Source: Zancudomyces culisetae HAW-14-8
Lineage: Eukaryota > Fungi > Kickxellomycota
NCBI GenBank assembly: GCA_052426225.1
Contig: JBNJNM010000011.1
Coordinates: forward strand, 1,054,001-1,118,000
Direction of reading: 5' to 3'
DNA length: 64,000 bases
How positions within the stretch are numbered: the stretch's first letter is position 1; the number at the start of each line of letters is the position of its first letter. A program made the translations under genes and the position numbers. The notes under the pieces are model-generated. The model saw only the letters and a list, made by a program, of their open reading frames with translations. It was not told the DNA's origin and did not search any database. Of the stretch, positions 23,081 through 35,247 are shown piece after piece.

Positions 23081-24376
23081 CTATGCAAAATATTGGAGAG
23101 AAGTCTTTTTTCTTGCCTGCACTTCCTGAATTCCTTCCATAAAATCTTCGTGGTTGAGCTGAGATGCCCCACGACGCAGTGCGATCATACCAGCTTCGAC
23201 ACAGATGGCTTTGCACTGGGCACCATTGAATTCGTCACAACTACGTGCAAGTTCATCATAGTTGACGTTAGGAGAGACATTCATTTTCCGGGAGTGGATT
23301 TGAAGGATTCTTGCACGGGCGGCTTGGTTAGGAAGAGGAAATTCGATTTTTCTATCCAAACGACCTGAACGCAGCAGAGCAGGATCAAGAATATCAATTC
23401 TGTTGGTAGCAGCTATGACCTTGATCCGATCGTCGCTACCAAAACCATCCAGTTGGTTAAGCAGCTCCAGCATGGTTCGCTGAACCTCACGATCGCCACT
23501 CTTGTCGCTATCAAATCTCTTTGTTCCAATGGCATCCAATTCATCAATAAATATAATACAGGGCGCCTTTTCCTTGGCCAAAGCGAACGCATCCCGAACT
23601 AGCTTGGCTCCATCTCCTATAAACATTTGCACTAGCTGAGGACCGGCCAGTTTGAGATATGTCGATTGAGTTTGTGCTGCACATGCTCTGGCCAAAAGTG
23701 TCTTTCCTGTTCCTGGTGGACCGTACATTAGTACACCCTTTGGTGGCTTGATGCCCAGATTCTTAAATCTTTCGGCGTGTGTCATTGGCAAAACAATCGC
23801 CTCCACCAATTCTTCAATCTGCTTATCTAGCCCACCAATATCTGTGTAATCCTCTGTAGGTTTCTCATCTACCTCCATGGCCTTAACTCTTGAATCGTAT
23901 TCTGGTGGCAATTTTTCCAAAACAAGAAAACTGTCTTTGTGAACTCCAATCAAATCTCCTGGCTCTAAATCTGCAGAATCCACCAGCCCAATTAGCGGCA
24001 AAAACACGGTTTGTCTAGTAGATGTTTTAATTACTGCACATTTTCCAGCTCTCTGTGAGTCCAAGTCCACATTTGCACCATCCTCCTCTTCGGGATCTGG
24101 TTGAATGTCTAATATCTCCACTACATTTCCCACCAAATACGGCAGCTGTCTATTCATCTCTATTTTCTGTTTGTTATCTTTTGTCTTCTCCGTCATTGCC
24201 TGCTGTTCGTGGTAAATTCGGGAAAACTCACTCTTCAGCACTCTTATTTCATTTTCAATTAGTCTTGTACGATTGACAACTTCTTGGTTGTCCAAACGCA
24301 AAATTTCGCGGTCCAAATCTGAAAAATCTTCAGGAGCATCAAGTGCCTGCTCCAAAGTCCGGGTTCCACCTGACAT
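23081..24376 (-). CDS. RPT5: 26S proteasome AAA-ATPase subunit Rpt5 (6A)
   Basis: [55 protein letters not shown]-terminal LQYFA. Confidence 0.97.
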   Translation of the reverse strand: MSGGTRTLEQALDAPEDFSDLDREILRLDNQEVVNRTRLIENEIRVLKSEFSRIYHEQQAMTEKTKDNKQKIEMNRQLPYLVGNVVEILDIQPDPEEEDGANVDLDSQRAGKCAVIKTSTRQTVFLPLIGLVDSADLEPGDLIGVHKDSFLVLEKLPPEYDSRVKAMEVDEKPTEDYTDIGGLDKQIEELVEAIVLPMTHAERFKNLGIKPPKGVLMYGPPGTGKTLLARACAAQTQSTYLKLAGPQLVQMFIGDGAKLVRDAFALAKEKAPCIIFIDELDAIGTKRFDSDKSGDREVQRTMLELLNQLDGFGSDDRIKVIAATNRIDILDPALLRSGRLDRKIEFPLPNQAARARILQIHSRKMNVSPNVNYDELARSCDEFNGAQCKAICVEAGMIALRRGASQLNHEDFMEGIQEVQARKKTSLQYFA

Positions 24377-25040
24377 TGTCTTGAATTTTATTTGTTACTA
24401 TACCACTTATTAAATAGTAAAGAAACTATAATTGGAAAGAGATGAGTTTGTTTTTGGTATTCCTATTTTTTGAAAAAAGGATTTAAACTACAACAATTTT
24501 TTGGTGGGGCAAATAAACAAAATTTTAGCTGTAAATTAAATTTTAGTCAGTATTTTTTCATTTGAATTTGGTACGTAATCATTTCGTTTGCATTGTATTT
24601 TTTCGGAAATAGAGGGGTGGGTGGGATTATTAAAAAAAGCTCTATTTTAACTGGGCCTTGCTAACCAGCTCGCAGATTTGAGGGGCCAATTTTAACCCCG
24701 ATTTTTATTTTGGATTTTTTCATCTGAGCATGTATTAAAACAGACTTAGCTAGTACGAACTAGGATGCAATCAATAAATAATAAAAAGAACGCTCAATGC
24801 CATAACAGTCACTTTGTAGGTCTTTGGTACATACACATGCATTATCGTGTGTAGAACATATAGAATGGACAATACGAGCGTCCACACTTAATAAAGCTCC
24901 GTACGTTAGGCTGGCGGATGTTTGGGATTCTTTTATCATTTTTGGTTGTGCAGCTAGATATATCACATATACACTACCACGCAACGTCTATTTGAACAAA
25001 GCCTGTATATATCGAGATCAAAAGCGCGCAGGTGAAAAAA

Positions 25041-25106
25041 TAAACTGTCTTGCTAATATACACAAGTACTACTAACAAATAAACTTCGGTATTGAACTCA
25101 AAAGAT
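25041..25106 (+). repeat. Direct repeat copy 1 (66-bp core; weaker similarity back to ~24997)
   Basis: taaactgtcttgctaatatacacaagtactactaacaaataaacttcggtattgaactcaaaagat; 65/66 identical to 28168-28233. Confidence 0.9.
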
Positions 25107-25689
25107 TAACTGTGAAGCTGTTAAAAAAAAAATCAAAGTTAATATAAAATGGTTGTCATGAATGCATTCAGCGAATTAAAATATTTTAGAATTGAACTTT
25201 CAAAAATAAAACAGGATCTTCAAGAGGTCTAGAAGCGGTTTGAAATATTTCTTGCTAACCTTATGAACTATTTCTCTCAATCCGACTCGATGTAAGTCGG
25301 ACGAGCTAGCAAAGTTTCCTCTCTTAAAGATGCTTTAATTGATATATTTTAAATATTTTAATAGTATACTATCGAGGATTATCGAGATTGCGGATGCCGA
25401 GACTAAAGCATTAAACAATTATTTAATCCTCAATACCGCTCTCTAAAGTTGAATGTTTCCTATAGAATTATACAAGTTTCTTTGATACTATGCAGAATTG
25501 TTTTTTGTAGTTTTATGTTGTATTTATTTAATAAATTTATCGAGATAAAAAAATATAACATGTTTATTAAACAAACTCAATATGAAAATAAGGGAGAGTA
25601 TTAAGGTTATGAAATTAGCCTGGCTGGGATAACAGAAATTAGTTAAATCAAGAATACACTTTTCGCTTAGGTTCATTTCGGCCTATCGA

Positions 25690-26436
25690 TTATTTTCCAC
25701 CAGCAGTTGGCTTTGGGGCGGCTACTGGGGCTGGTGCTGCGGCTGGTGCTGCGGCAGCTGGCGGTGTAGACTCCTTAATTGCCTTTCTCAATTTTCTGTA
25801 GCTTTTCAAGGTGCCAGTACTTTTAAGGTTGGCGAATGCCTTCTTGAGCTCATCAAATACTGGATCGCTGAAGAGCTTGTTTACACGTGCTCTCTTGGAT
25901 CTGAGGCATCTGCTGCACTTCTTGCATGCCTTGAAGCATCTGAATGGTCTGGTGCGTTTCCAGAACTTCTTAGCAGTCATCTTTCTGCATTTAACTTGGC
26001 ACTCATCAGTGCACTTCTCATACTCAGGACCTTCGAATTCAGAGCACTTTCTTTCACATCTTTGCATGCATCTTCTTCTGGCTACTCTGAACAAGCACTT
26101 TCTGAACTTTCTCTTGCATCTTCTAACTCTTCTTGATCCTCTGCGTTTTCCGGCAGCCAACTCATTTCCCAAGGCTCCATCGCAGGACTCGTTTGAATAC
26201 TCACCATTGTTCTCAGCGTAGGTTAGGTCACCCAGGTTTTGGATCCAGTCCCCATTGTTGTTGTTGATGTTTTCGTTTTGGTTGAAAGCAATACCTTCAT
26301 TTCCAGATTCATAAATTTGGTTATCATTTTGGTGTACTGAGTTTTGATACTCGTTGCTTTCTGCCGATTGTGAAGAAGCGGATACGCTCAAGGTGTTTAA
26401 AGCGAGGGTCAGCAAACTAAGTGTAAAGGCTTTCAT
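25690..26436 (-). CDS. Secreted Cys-rich cationic protein precursor (signal peptide, acidic N/Q/E pro-region, KRR site, CX3C repeats, Pro/Ala tail)
   Basis: MKAFTLSLLTLALNTLSVSA signal peptide. 12 Cys in an Arg/Lys-rich segment after GKRR. TATAAATA on the minus strand at 26566-26573. Confidence 0.85.
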   Translation of the reverse strand: MKAFTLSLLTLALNTLSVSASSQSAESNEYQNSVHQNDNQIYESGNEGIAFNQNENINNNNGDWIQNLGDLTYAENNGEYSNESCDGALGNELAAGKRRGSRRVRRCKRKFRKCLFRVARRRCMQRCERKCSEFEGPEYEKCTDECQVKCRKMTAKKFWKRTRPFRCFKACKKCSRCLRSKRARVNKLFSDPVFDELKKAFANLKSTGTLKSYRKLRKAIKESTPPAAAAPAAAPAPVAAPKPTAGGK

Positions 26437-27422
26437 CTTTAGTGTATTTTCTAACAAGGTTTTTTTTAGTGAAGTCTAGCTAAAGGGTTGAATGGTTATA
26501 GTTTTTCTTCTATTAAACTGCGATAGAGCGATATTGAAAACTCAGAATATGGCCGAATTTGAAGCTATTTATACTTTTTTTGCTCATAAATGACCCTCTC
26601 TTGAATAAACACCTTTTTTTTAAAAGTGTATTGAATTAAGGAGAGGAACATTTGGTAGTAGGTATAATTTTGATATGTGTATGTTTGCATGTTTGTGTAT
26701 GGATACACAAATGTACTGTGGGTTAAATTGAATGTTATCGAGATTTATTTCCAATCCAGACCTTATCACGAATTAAAATTCCGGCTACATGTTTATTATA
26801 ATTTTCTAGGGTATATATTTGTTAATCTGGAGAACAAAGTTACATTACAGCACTGTTTTCCATACACGATGATCTGTGCGTATAAAGTGGAAGAATACTT
26901 TTTGGTGGTTAATTGAATTTAAAGCACATTGTTTAGTGAATTTGTGAATAAAAAAAGCACGAATAGAGGATAAATATTAATGCTTATAATACAACCCTAG
27001 AATATTTTTTAAGAGGTGCAGAAGCTTCAGAAGTAAAGCAATAAATACACTTAGTGTTGTATTAAACAAATACTAGAATAACAAGTCACACATACAAGAA
27101 ATAAAAGAGAAGGTGCAAAGAGCAACCATGAGCAACTACTACCTACTAAAAGACAGAAACACCCCACTCTTAATGAAAAAAAACAGTAATTAGGTCAATA
27201 TTCATGAATAGCGGACTTAATACAGAACCCAATTAAGCACTTGAAGGATACCTGGGTTACAGGGTACACACGGTGACAAAAAGATACAACAGAGTCAAGA
27301 TTGATAACATACTAACAGGAGACTGCCCGATTGCAGCAGATGGGACAAAATTGGGAATGACTTACTTTCTGAATTTATAGTTTTTTATAGTTCCTTTTTA
27401 TCTAGCACGATTTCCGAATGTG

Positions 27423-27655
27423 TTGAGCTTTGCAGGAAAATAGTGGGTAAACTCCTGGGGGAGGAGTTAAAGCTCAAACTACCTGGGATTCTTCGGGATC
27501 CAGACGCCACTTGCGTTAGAGCAGTGGTTTCCACAGCCCGGTTTCTTAACGAGACCTTTTTACCTCGCTACCTAGTGTTGAAAGACATTAGTGTAGTCCC
27601 ACTCCCCTTGAACCAATGCCCATCGGGTACGGAGACTCTAGAGAGTCGAAGGGGA
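27423..27655 (+). ncRNA. Candidate structured RNA, family unassigned
   Basis: Consecutive helices with C(UUCG)G and GAAA tetraloops. The G-U wobbles work only on the + strand. Followed by a T9 run at 27682-27690. Confidence 0.55.
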
Positions 27656-28167
27656 ATAGGATGAGTTTAGATTATAGATTGTTTTTTTTTAGAAACTTTT
27701 TATTTTCTAAATAATTTTTTATTCTACTGAAAATAATGACATCCTTCAACCAACACCCATGAGTATAGATTTCATAGAGGTGTAGTGTGGTGTAAATGCT
27801 TAACGTCCTACTTGATAGCTTTTTCTACCAAGTATCACACAAGACGGGTCAATTTCTATAATATTTCACTCTACTATATTATTATTAGCTTCTGAAAAGG
27901 ACAATCTGTTAACTAATTCACAATAAACATATACAAACTAACTCTATAAAACACATCCAATAAAATAACCAATAGGCCATGACGAATCTAAGTTAAAGTT
28001 TTCTAATCGACAAAATGACGGACAAGAAGTGGTTAGATAATGTTTAAGGCCATTTTTGTAGTTTTATATGGTAGTTAATATATAAATACTTTCAGCAAAA
28101 GAATATTGCAACACTTACCCCAGCAAAGTCAGCGTATATAAATGTCAAAAGTGTGCGTGTGCAAAAT

Positions 28168-28233
28168 TAAACTGTCTTGCTGATATACACAAGTACTACT
28201 AACAAATAAACTTCGGTATTGAACTCAAAAGAT
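28168..28233 (+). repeat. Direct repeat copy 2
   Basis: Matches 25041-25106 with one mismatch; offset 3127 bp. Confidence 0.9.
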
Positions 28234-29645
28234 AGTAACTGGTTTACTAAAAATGATGTTGATGTGTGTTATGTAGAAAATAATATTAAATTATATATCC
28301 ATATATCGCTTGGGTTTTTAGCGAGTTGGACCTGGGTGTTTGAAATGGCTTTTGCTGCTTGTATTCAATCACCTTTTACCTCAGATGTGTTTTTTACACC
28401 AAACTGTAAACTTTTTACGAGAATAATAATAGGTGATAACACCCCCCCTGTGGAAAGAAATAGACAGATAACTAGATTGGTTGTTGACAGTACACAGCCT
28501 CAATCACAAGTGTTATATACACTGATATCCACTACTGTTAGATATTACCTGTTGTTCGTTTGCTTGTTTGCTTGCTTGCTTGTTTGTAAGATGTAGTACA
28601 GAAACTTGGAATCTTATGGTTAAATAAGTGGTGCTAGTGCTATACCGTGTATCCGAAAAATAGTATAGCACTTCCTCATTTTATTGGGCTTTTATCCCAC
28701 TTTATTCACTTGATTCTGTAGCATACCAAGAAAAAGAAAAAATTCAAAACTTACTAATAGCCCAAAAAAAGTATTATAAACACTGTAGTGAACCCTCGTT
28801 AAGTTTTTTCTTTCAAAAAACTTCTACTACTGCACGTTTTCGGTTAATATCGTATCCCACCACCTTTAATTTACATTTTCTTTATACAAAGCATCATTTT
28901 ACATACAATTTACAATTCAAAGTTGGTTCAGATTTAACAGTGTACCTATACCAGCCCCCCCCCCCTCCCAAAACCTCACTCCCTCTTCTCTCCGGAAAAT
29001 TCTAGAAAACCTAAAAAATATTATATTAAAAAAAGCAGCACTGATAATGGTACTACAAGCAGGTATACGCTTATAATATTGCATTACACACTCTGACTAT
29101 TCACAGTGAAATTTCTCTACAAATTATCTAGAAAAAAATGAATTTCCCTTTTCTACCCCCCACTTACCTCTGTTGATTAAAACAAACCCGGATATTTTTA
29201 CAAGTATGGTTGTTATTCCTAATTAGTAGATATCTTTTGTTTTGTTTTTGTTAAATTTACATTTAGCAAATATAATTCGAGTTTTAACCATGTAAGCAAC
29301 CATCAATGACGGGTAATTACTCAATATTGACTTTTTTGCAATCAACATTGCTGTAGTATTGCTAAAAAAAACGGAATATTGAACACTTGAATACAAAAAA
29401 GTAGGGCAAAAAAAGGAATATTGTGTTAGAAACACCTAAAATCAATTCATAGAGAGGGGCGTTCATTTAAAAATAAGCATTTTCGATGACAGTATAGACG
29501 ATAACACAGTCCGAACTCCATATAATAGGTATTTAAACAGGTTAAGTGCCGTTTGTGAACCTCAATACCAACACTGGCGTCCAAATAAAAAAAATTAAGA
29601 ACAAAAAATATCACACAGCACAAAAAGTCGTAACTAGTAGTAAAC

Positions 29646-30104
29646 ATGAACGAAAACCTGGAACAGCAGCAGAGACATACAACCCATGCTTTGGGTAAGA
29701 GCAAAAGGGATATACTTCTTATGATATACTATGTCTTACTCCTTATCACAGCCCCGCTGGCCATATTGAGTTTTCTTATCGATCTTATCGCTACCAATCC
29801 CAATACCAAATCAAATATTACTGCGGCTAAGGCGGGAGTCGGTATGGTGTTATTTTGTGAGATTCTGTTTATAGTCTCGGCAATCTTTTTAGGTGTATAT
29901 GTACACATATATGAAAAAACATACGCTTTGGATTCCAGTATATACCAGGGTGAGTTTAAGAAGCTTGGTGGATTGGTTCCTATCAAGCTATTCTGTATAG
30001 CAGTCGCAGTAATCATGGTACCATGCTTACACCATACAATCGATCGCTTGAAATTCTACAGCTCTCTTAAAAGCTTAAGTGACTTATTAAAGTTCAGGTC
30101 TTAA
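29646..30104 (+). CDS. Hypothetical membrane protein (~3 hydrophobic segments)
   Basis: 152-aa ATG-initiated ORF with three TM-like stretches; no recognisable family motif. Confidence 0.5.
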   Translation: MNENLEQQQRHTTHALGKSKRDILLMIYYVLLLITAPLAILSFLIDLIATNPNTKSNITAAKAGVGMVLFCEILFIVSAIFLGVYVHIYEKTYALDSSIYQGEFKKLGGLVPIKLFCIAVAVIMVPCLHHTIDRLKFYSSLKSLSDLLKFRS

Positions 30105-31025
30105 ATACCAGTGTTACCATGATCATAAGTTCATTTCTCGAAATACATGTACCTGTATACCTTTGTTTCTAATCTAGTTTGATTATCTGTCATATCTGTT
30201 TAATAAAAATTTGAAATTTTAACAGTAATAAACCTTAATATTATTCGCCATGTACAAGTGAGGGAGGGGGGGGGGGGGTATTAGTAATGATAAATCGTGT
30301 ATTCGATATAGGTAGGGTTAGTGTAGATGGTTGATCAGAAAATACGTGTTTTAGTAGCGATTTATGCTGTGTAAAGGTAGAAAGGGAATAATTTGTTCTT
30401 TTTATTTGTAATTAGCAGCTGGATAGAGAACATTCTCTGTTGTATGGTATGGCCACATTATACTTTCTTTCAATGCTGCGATTTGCACTAGAAAATGACA
30501 AGTTTCTGGTGACAGGCGACAAAATCGAGTACAAAATCACCATAGTTACTATTATATGTCTGTTCACTCTCAACACCTTTTTATACCCGAAAACAGATAT
30601 ATTATCCTGTCTACTTTGGAGCTGATCTCCCTATCATCAGTAGAACTACAGAAAAGTATCCCCCCCCCTGCCTCGACACTTGCGAGCACAAATTAATGAG
30701 ATGCCCCTTTAATAGCTTTTTTTGTTGATTACACAGTTTTGTCTTTCCATGTTCACGAATGAGAACTGCAAAAAAACTGACGCAAAAAAAATTTTTTTTT
30801 CAGTAACGAAAAAAAAAATCGTGCATCTAAATAAAGTGATCAAAAAAATAAAGGCAAAAAAAAAATTAAAGGCAAAATAGCCGTTGGTCGAGTATAAGTA
30901 TATACCCAAAATTTTTGTAAAATATAAAATCACAGACATACAATTTAGAATCCTGTGGTTTGTGTACGAACGTCTCAGCATTCTTCAAGTGCATATATAA
31001 TATAGACGAAAAGCAGCAGATCAAG

Positions 31026-32663
31026 ATGTCCAAACGACAAGCAACTGATACCCAGGCCTTGGAAAATGGTATGGAGATAGATTTACCCATCAATGGAGGT
31101 GAAAGAATCACTGGAAATATTGAAAAGGGAGAAAGGAGGAAAAAGAAGGCAACAGGGAATGATGTGGGTGTGGGAGGGGACGATGAAATGGGAGAATTTG
31201 AGGATATGTTTGAGGATGAGATGGAATCAGAGGATGAGGTTGTAGAAAGCGAAGGCTCAGCAGAATCAGATTTGGAGGAGCTGGAGGATGGTAGATATAT
31301 ACAGAAAAACATGCTGAGTAGAATCAAGGAGGAACAGGATCGTGAAAAGGAAGAGGAACAAGAGGAGATGGGGGAGCGGGAAAGTAAGGTGTATTTACCA
31401 GGAGATAAACTAGAGAAGGATGAGGAGCTAGTAGTAGACAATACAGCATACCAAATGCTTCACTTTTTGAATGTATCATGGCCTTGCCTGAGCTTTGATG
31501 TTGTTAGGGACGGTCTTGGTGAAAATCGGACCAGATTTCCACAGACAATGACAATATTTACAGGAACACAGGCAGATGAAGCCCACAAAAATGAAGTTAT
31601 GCTGATGAAAATGACAAAGCTGCATCGGACAATTAACGATGGCAAAGAGCAGGATGAAAATGACGATGATGAAATGGACGAAGACTTGGATGAAGACCCA
31701 GTGGTGCAGGTACGAACGATGAAGCACCGGGGAGGAGTCAACAGAGTGAGAGTTAAACAAAGTTACGACAGTCCACTTGGAGCAACATGGTCAGATGAAG
31801 GGAAGGTATACATTTGGGATTTGAAAGAGCAGCTCAATTCGCTGGAGACATCAACTTATAATCTTCAAGCAAAAGCCAGAGAGCCAGTGTATACAGTCAG
31901 TACTCACGATGTTGAAGGGTTTGCACTTGACTGGCATTCTGATGGTAGACTACTAACAGGTGATTGTGACAAATTTATTTACTTGACACAGCAGCGAACA
32001 GATAATGGTCTGTTTGTGACAGACAAGTCAGCGTTTAGAGGACACAAACAGTCTGTAGAAGATCTCCAATGGTCACCAAGTGAACAAAATGTCTTTGCGT
32101 CATGTTCAGCCGATCAGACAATAAGGATTTGGGATACTAGAGCTAACAACCGGAAAACATCAAGACTTTGTGTGAGCCAGGCACACAACAGCGACGTTAA
32201 TGTGATTTCGTGGAACAAGGTATCGCAGTATCTAATGGCTAGTGGTGCAGACGATGGCAAATTTAGCATTTGGGATCTGCGGACATGGGGTGGTGGTGCT
32301 TCTGGGCAAAAGAGAATCTTGCCCGTAGCCACAATGGACTGGCACAAGGCCCCTGTAACATCTATCGAATGGCACCCAACTGACGACTCTGTTATTGCTG
32401 TCTCGGGTGCAGACGACCAGCTGACCATATGGGATCTGTCTGTTGAGTTGGATCCTGAAGAAGAACAAAATGGTGCTGGCAGCAGAGCTGTCAATGAATT
32501 TGTTGGCGCAGATGGGTCCAGGCGCACTGTTCCTCCTCAACTGCTCTTTGTTCACCAAGGCCAGCGTGATATCAAGGAGTTACATTGGCACCCTCAGATT
32601 CCTGGTGCTATTGTTAGTACAGCTTATTCCGGGTTCGGAGTTTTCAAAACCATTTCGGTTTAG
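31026..32663 (+). CDS. RRB1: Ribosome assembly WD40 protein Rrb1/GRWD1
   Basis: Acidic N-terminus, WPCLSFD, HRGGVNRVR, EGFALDW, SVEDLQWSP, PPQLLFVHQGQ..KELHWHPQIPG, C-terminal FKTISV. Confidence 0.95.
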   Translation: MSKRQATDTQALENGMEIDLPINGGERITGNIEKGERRKKKATGNDVGVGGDDEMGEFEDMFEDEMESEDEVVESEGSAESDLEELEDGRYIQKNMLSRIKEEQDREKEEEQEEMGERESKVYLPGDKLEKDEELVVDNTAYQMLHFLNVSWPCLSFDVVRDGLGENRTRFPQTMTIFTGTQADEAHKNEVMLMKMTKLHRTINDGKEQDENDDDEMDEDLDEDPVVQVRTMKHRGGVNRVRVKQSYDSPLGATWSDEGKVYIWDLKEQLNSLETSTYNLQAKAREPVYTVSTHDVEGFALDWHSDGRLLTGDCDKFIYLTQQRTDNGLFVTDKSAFRGHKQSVEDLQWSPSEQNVFASCSADQTIRIWDTRANNRKTSRLCVSQAHNSDVNVISWNKVSQYLMASGADDGKFSIWDLRTWGGGASGQKRILPVATMDWHKAPVTSIEWHPTDDSVIAVSGADDQLTIWDLSVELDPEEEQNGAGSRAVNEFVGADGSRRTVPPQLLFVHQGQRDIKELHWHPQIPGAIVSTAYSGFGVFKTISV

Positions 32664-35247
32664 TTTATCTTTATTGCAAACTTTAGTTTCTTATTTTTCA
32701 AGTTTGTACATATTGCAAAACCTATTCCAAGGATTCTTCGATTGTTATATACAACTATTTATAAAAATTTTAGGCCAACTTAGATTTTGGAAAACACAAT
32801 AAACTTTATGATCGTCTCCAAGTATAAGGAACTAACCAATAGGAATCATTATCCATTTAATTAGTTAGTATATAAACCTTTACCAAAGCTTATTAGTAAA
32901 CTTTAAGTCTTTTAATCTCGTTTATTTAGTATCTATACTATTACAATAAAGACAATCATAACAGTATAAGACTAGGGGATTTAAAAAAGTGAAGTGGTCA
33001 TAATCATGTAAACACCTCTAGCCGGAAAGCTAATGACTGTAGCGGAATGTGTGTAGACTAGTAAAGTGTGATACTTTTTGGAAATTATCAATTTCGAGTG
33101 TAATTTGCTTGATATGTTTATTTTTGGATATTTTGGTAATGGACCTTCATCTGTCTTGAAATAATATAAATAATGGGCTATGTTGACGCAATATTATATT
33201 TTAGTTTAAGATGATTAATTTTACGATTGAATTTATGAATAGTCACAACATATCAACATTACGGCCTAAAACTCTCAAGTTTAGTATGAATAAAAACAAT
33301 TATATATTGAGGTTGTGAGCAGTAAACCATGCTCAAGTCTTTGTTGTCTTGCACAAGCTGGTATTCTAACCATTTTATTATTATTTTAGATACCTTTTCC
33401 TTCAAAGATACCACCTTTATGGTTAATTTAATTCGAAAATCTTGATAACCATTTCTTGAAAACAAAGGCAAATATGCTATGTCAATAAAAGGGTTCAGGT
33501 AGTTGCTATTATTCGTCTGAAAAAAAACAGTAATACAGATTTTGTATAATGTTGTCGTTTACGAGTTGGTCGAATAAAAAAATACAACTAGTCACGCTTT
33601 TCAAGACTCATTTTTGATAGCACTTGAATCGAATATGCTTGCTCGGGGGTTGTGTATGTGAATTCAAACTAGGAAGCCAACTATATTGGTTAAATCAATT
33701 TATTTATTGATTCAATTGTATTTGGCAATGATATACAGTATATTTAGCCTCTCAACGTTCAATTCTAAATGTTAAATCATTTTTAAACCCAAATGAATAT
33801 ACATCGCCGCATAAGTAAAAATATTACCAGGTCAAGTCTATAGTTCAAAATTGGTTTTATCTGAAATATAAAACTATAAAAAAAGAATAAAGATAGTCCA
33901 AATGTCCAAAGAATCTACAGCTCTTACCCAAGTGCTAGCCTTATTTTTGATACCATTATATTCTAGTTTAATGACAGTACACAAAGACATTTAATACTTA
34001 ATATGGCCTACTCAATGGCGTAGCGATATTGGCGCGCCCAATCGCCATCATATGTATTTATTACATCAGAATTCTTGCAGATTAGAAATTAGAAAAGAAG
34101 AAAGCAGAAAATAAATACAAAGAGATAATTCGACTTGAAGATGCTCGAACTCCAGACAAAACACGGGTTGCTTGGAAAGGATTTCAATAAAAAGAAGGAT
34201 GATTCCGAAAATGTAAAATACGACAGCTATTGGAATGTGATAACCAAAGGTTAGTATTTTCTACTAAAAGTTGCTTTTCACTCTTGAAGTTAAGAGATTC
34301 CTGATTCCTTGATCCTCCAGGTGCAACTAACTTTTAAGTAATTCTAAGTTTATGTCTATTATGTCTGGGATATCTCTTTTCTATTGAGGACTTCTTCTAA
34401 CTTTATTTCTTTCAGAGTAATCTTGTTGTTTTCACTTGATGATATGTCATTTGGATATTTACAGTCTTTTCCTTTTTATATTTTTACTCGGTTTTTTTTT
34501 GAAGCATGAATATAGTAATAGTTGGTCATTGTATAGTAAAGTCAGTATCGACATTAAACATTAGTGATAGGCGATACTACATGTTTCTATAAAATGAATG
34601 GGAACACATCCATTTATACCACACAGTGTAGAAGACAGACGGATGAGAATTAGCCCCGTGTATTAGTTATAGAAAGTATAAAAAAACAGGCTGTTTTCGA
34701 CGTGATATCTTTTGGAAAAAGTAAAAATTACTATTGATACTTTCGTGACACTAGCCTTCGATACAGTATTACTGACAACTTTGAGTATGATAATACTTTT
34801 TCTAGTATCTTTTATTTTTTGTTATCCACAAACCCGTACATATTCTGTAAATGTCATTAAACTCATGAAATAAACGCGATTACATAAACAGACCAGATCT
34901 TGAAAAAAAAAAATTTTTTTTTAATAGTTTATACAAAAAAATTTTCAGCAAAAAGAAACCCACCAATTACAACATAATGAAGTTTGGATGGATCCTAAGC
35001 AAAGTATTTGAACATCGTATATACTCCATAAATAAAGCTGGACCAACTTGTAAATAAAAAGTGCCTTTAAATGTGTACTTTTTGGGGGTTAAAAATTGCT
35101 TTATTTTAAATATAGATTTTTGCATATAGAAAAAGATACCTTTTTTATTAATACGCAACTGCGATACTAGCGATTACTACAAGAATAACAAGAATAGACA
35201 TTCTAGAGAAAAGATTCAAGAGAAGTAGAGAAATTCAAGCGAATAAA

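Noticed and set aside
25281-25309. Hairpin tccgact/agtcgga followed by CTAG as a Helitron 3' end
   Set aside because: The spacing is short, there is no matching 5' end or second copy, and it could easily arise by chance.
27254-27265. GGGTTACAGGGT as a telomerase template (1.5 copies of TTACAGGG)
   Set aside because: It would template only from the minus strand, whereas the neighbouring structure has + polarity. The organism's telomere repeat is unknown to me.
28955-30279. Poly-C and poly-G tracts flanking the 29646-30104 ORF as inverted termini
   Set aside because: Low-complexity homopolymers; similar tracts occur elsewhere (18684, 30660, 57115).
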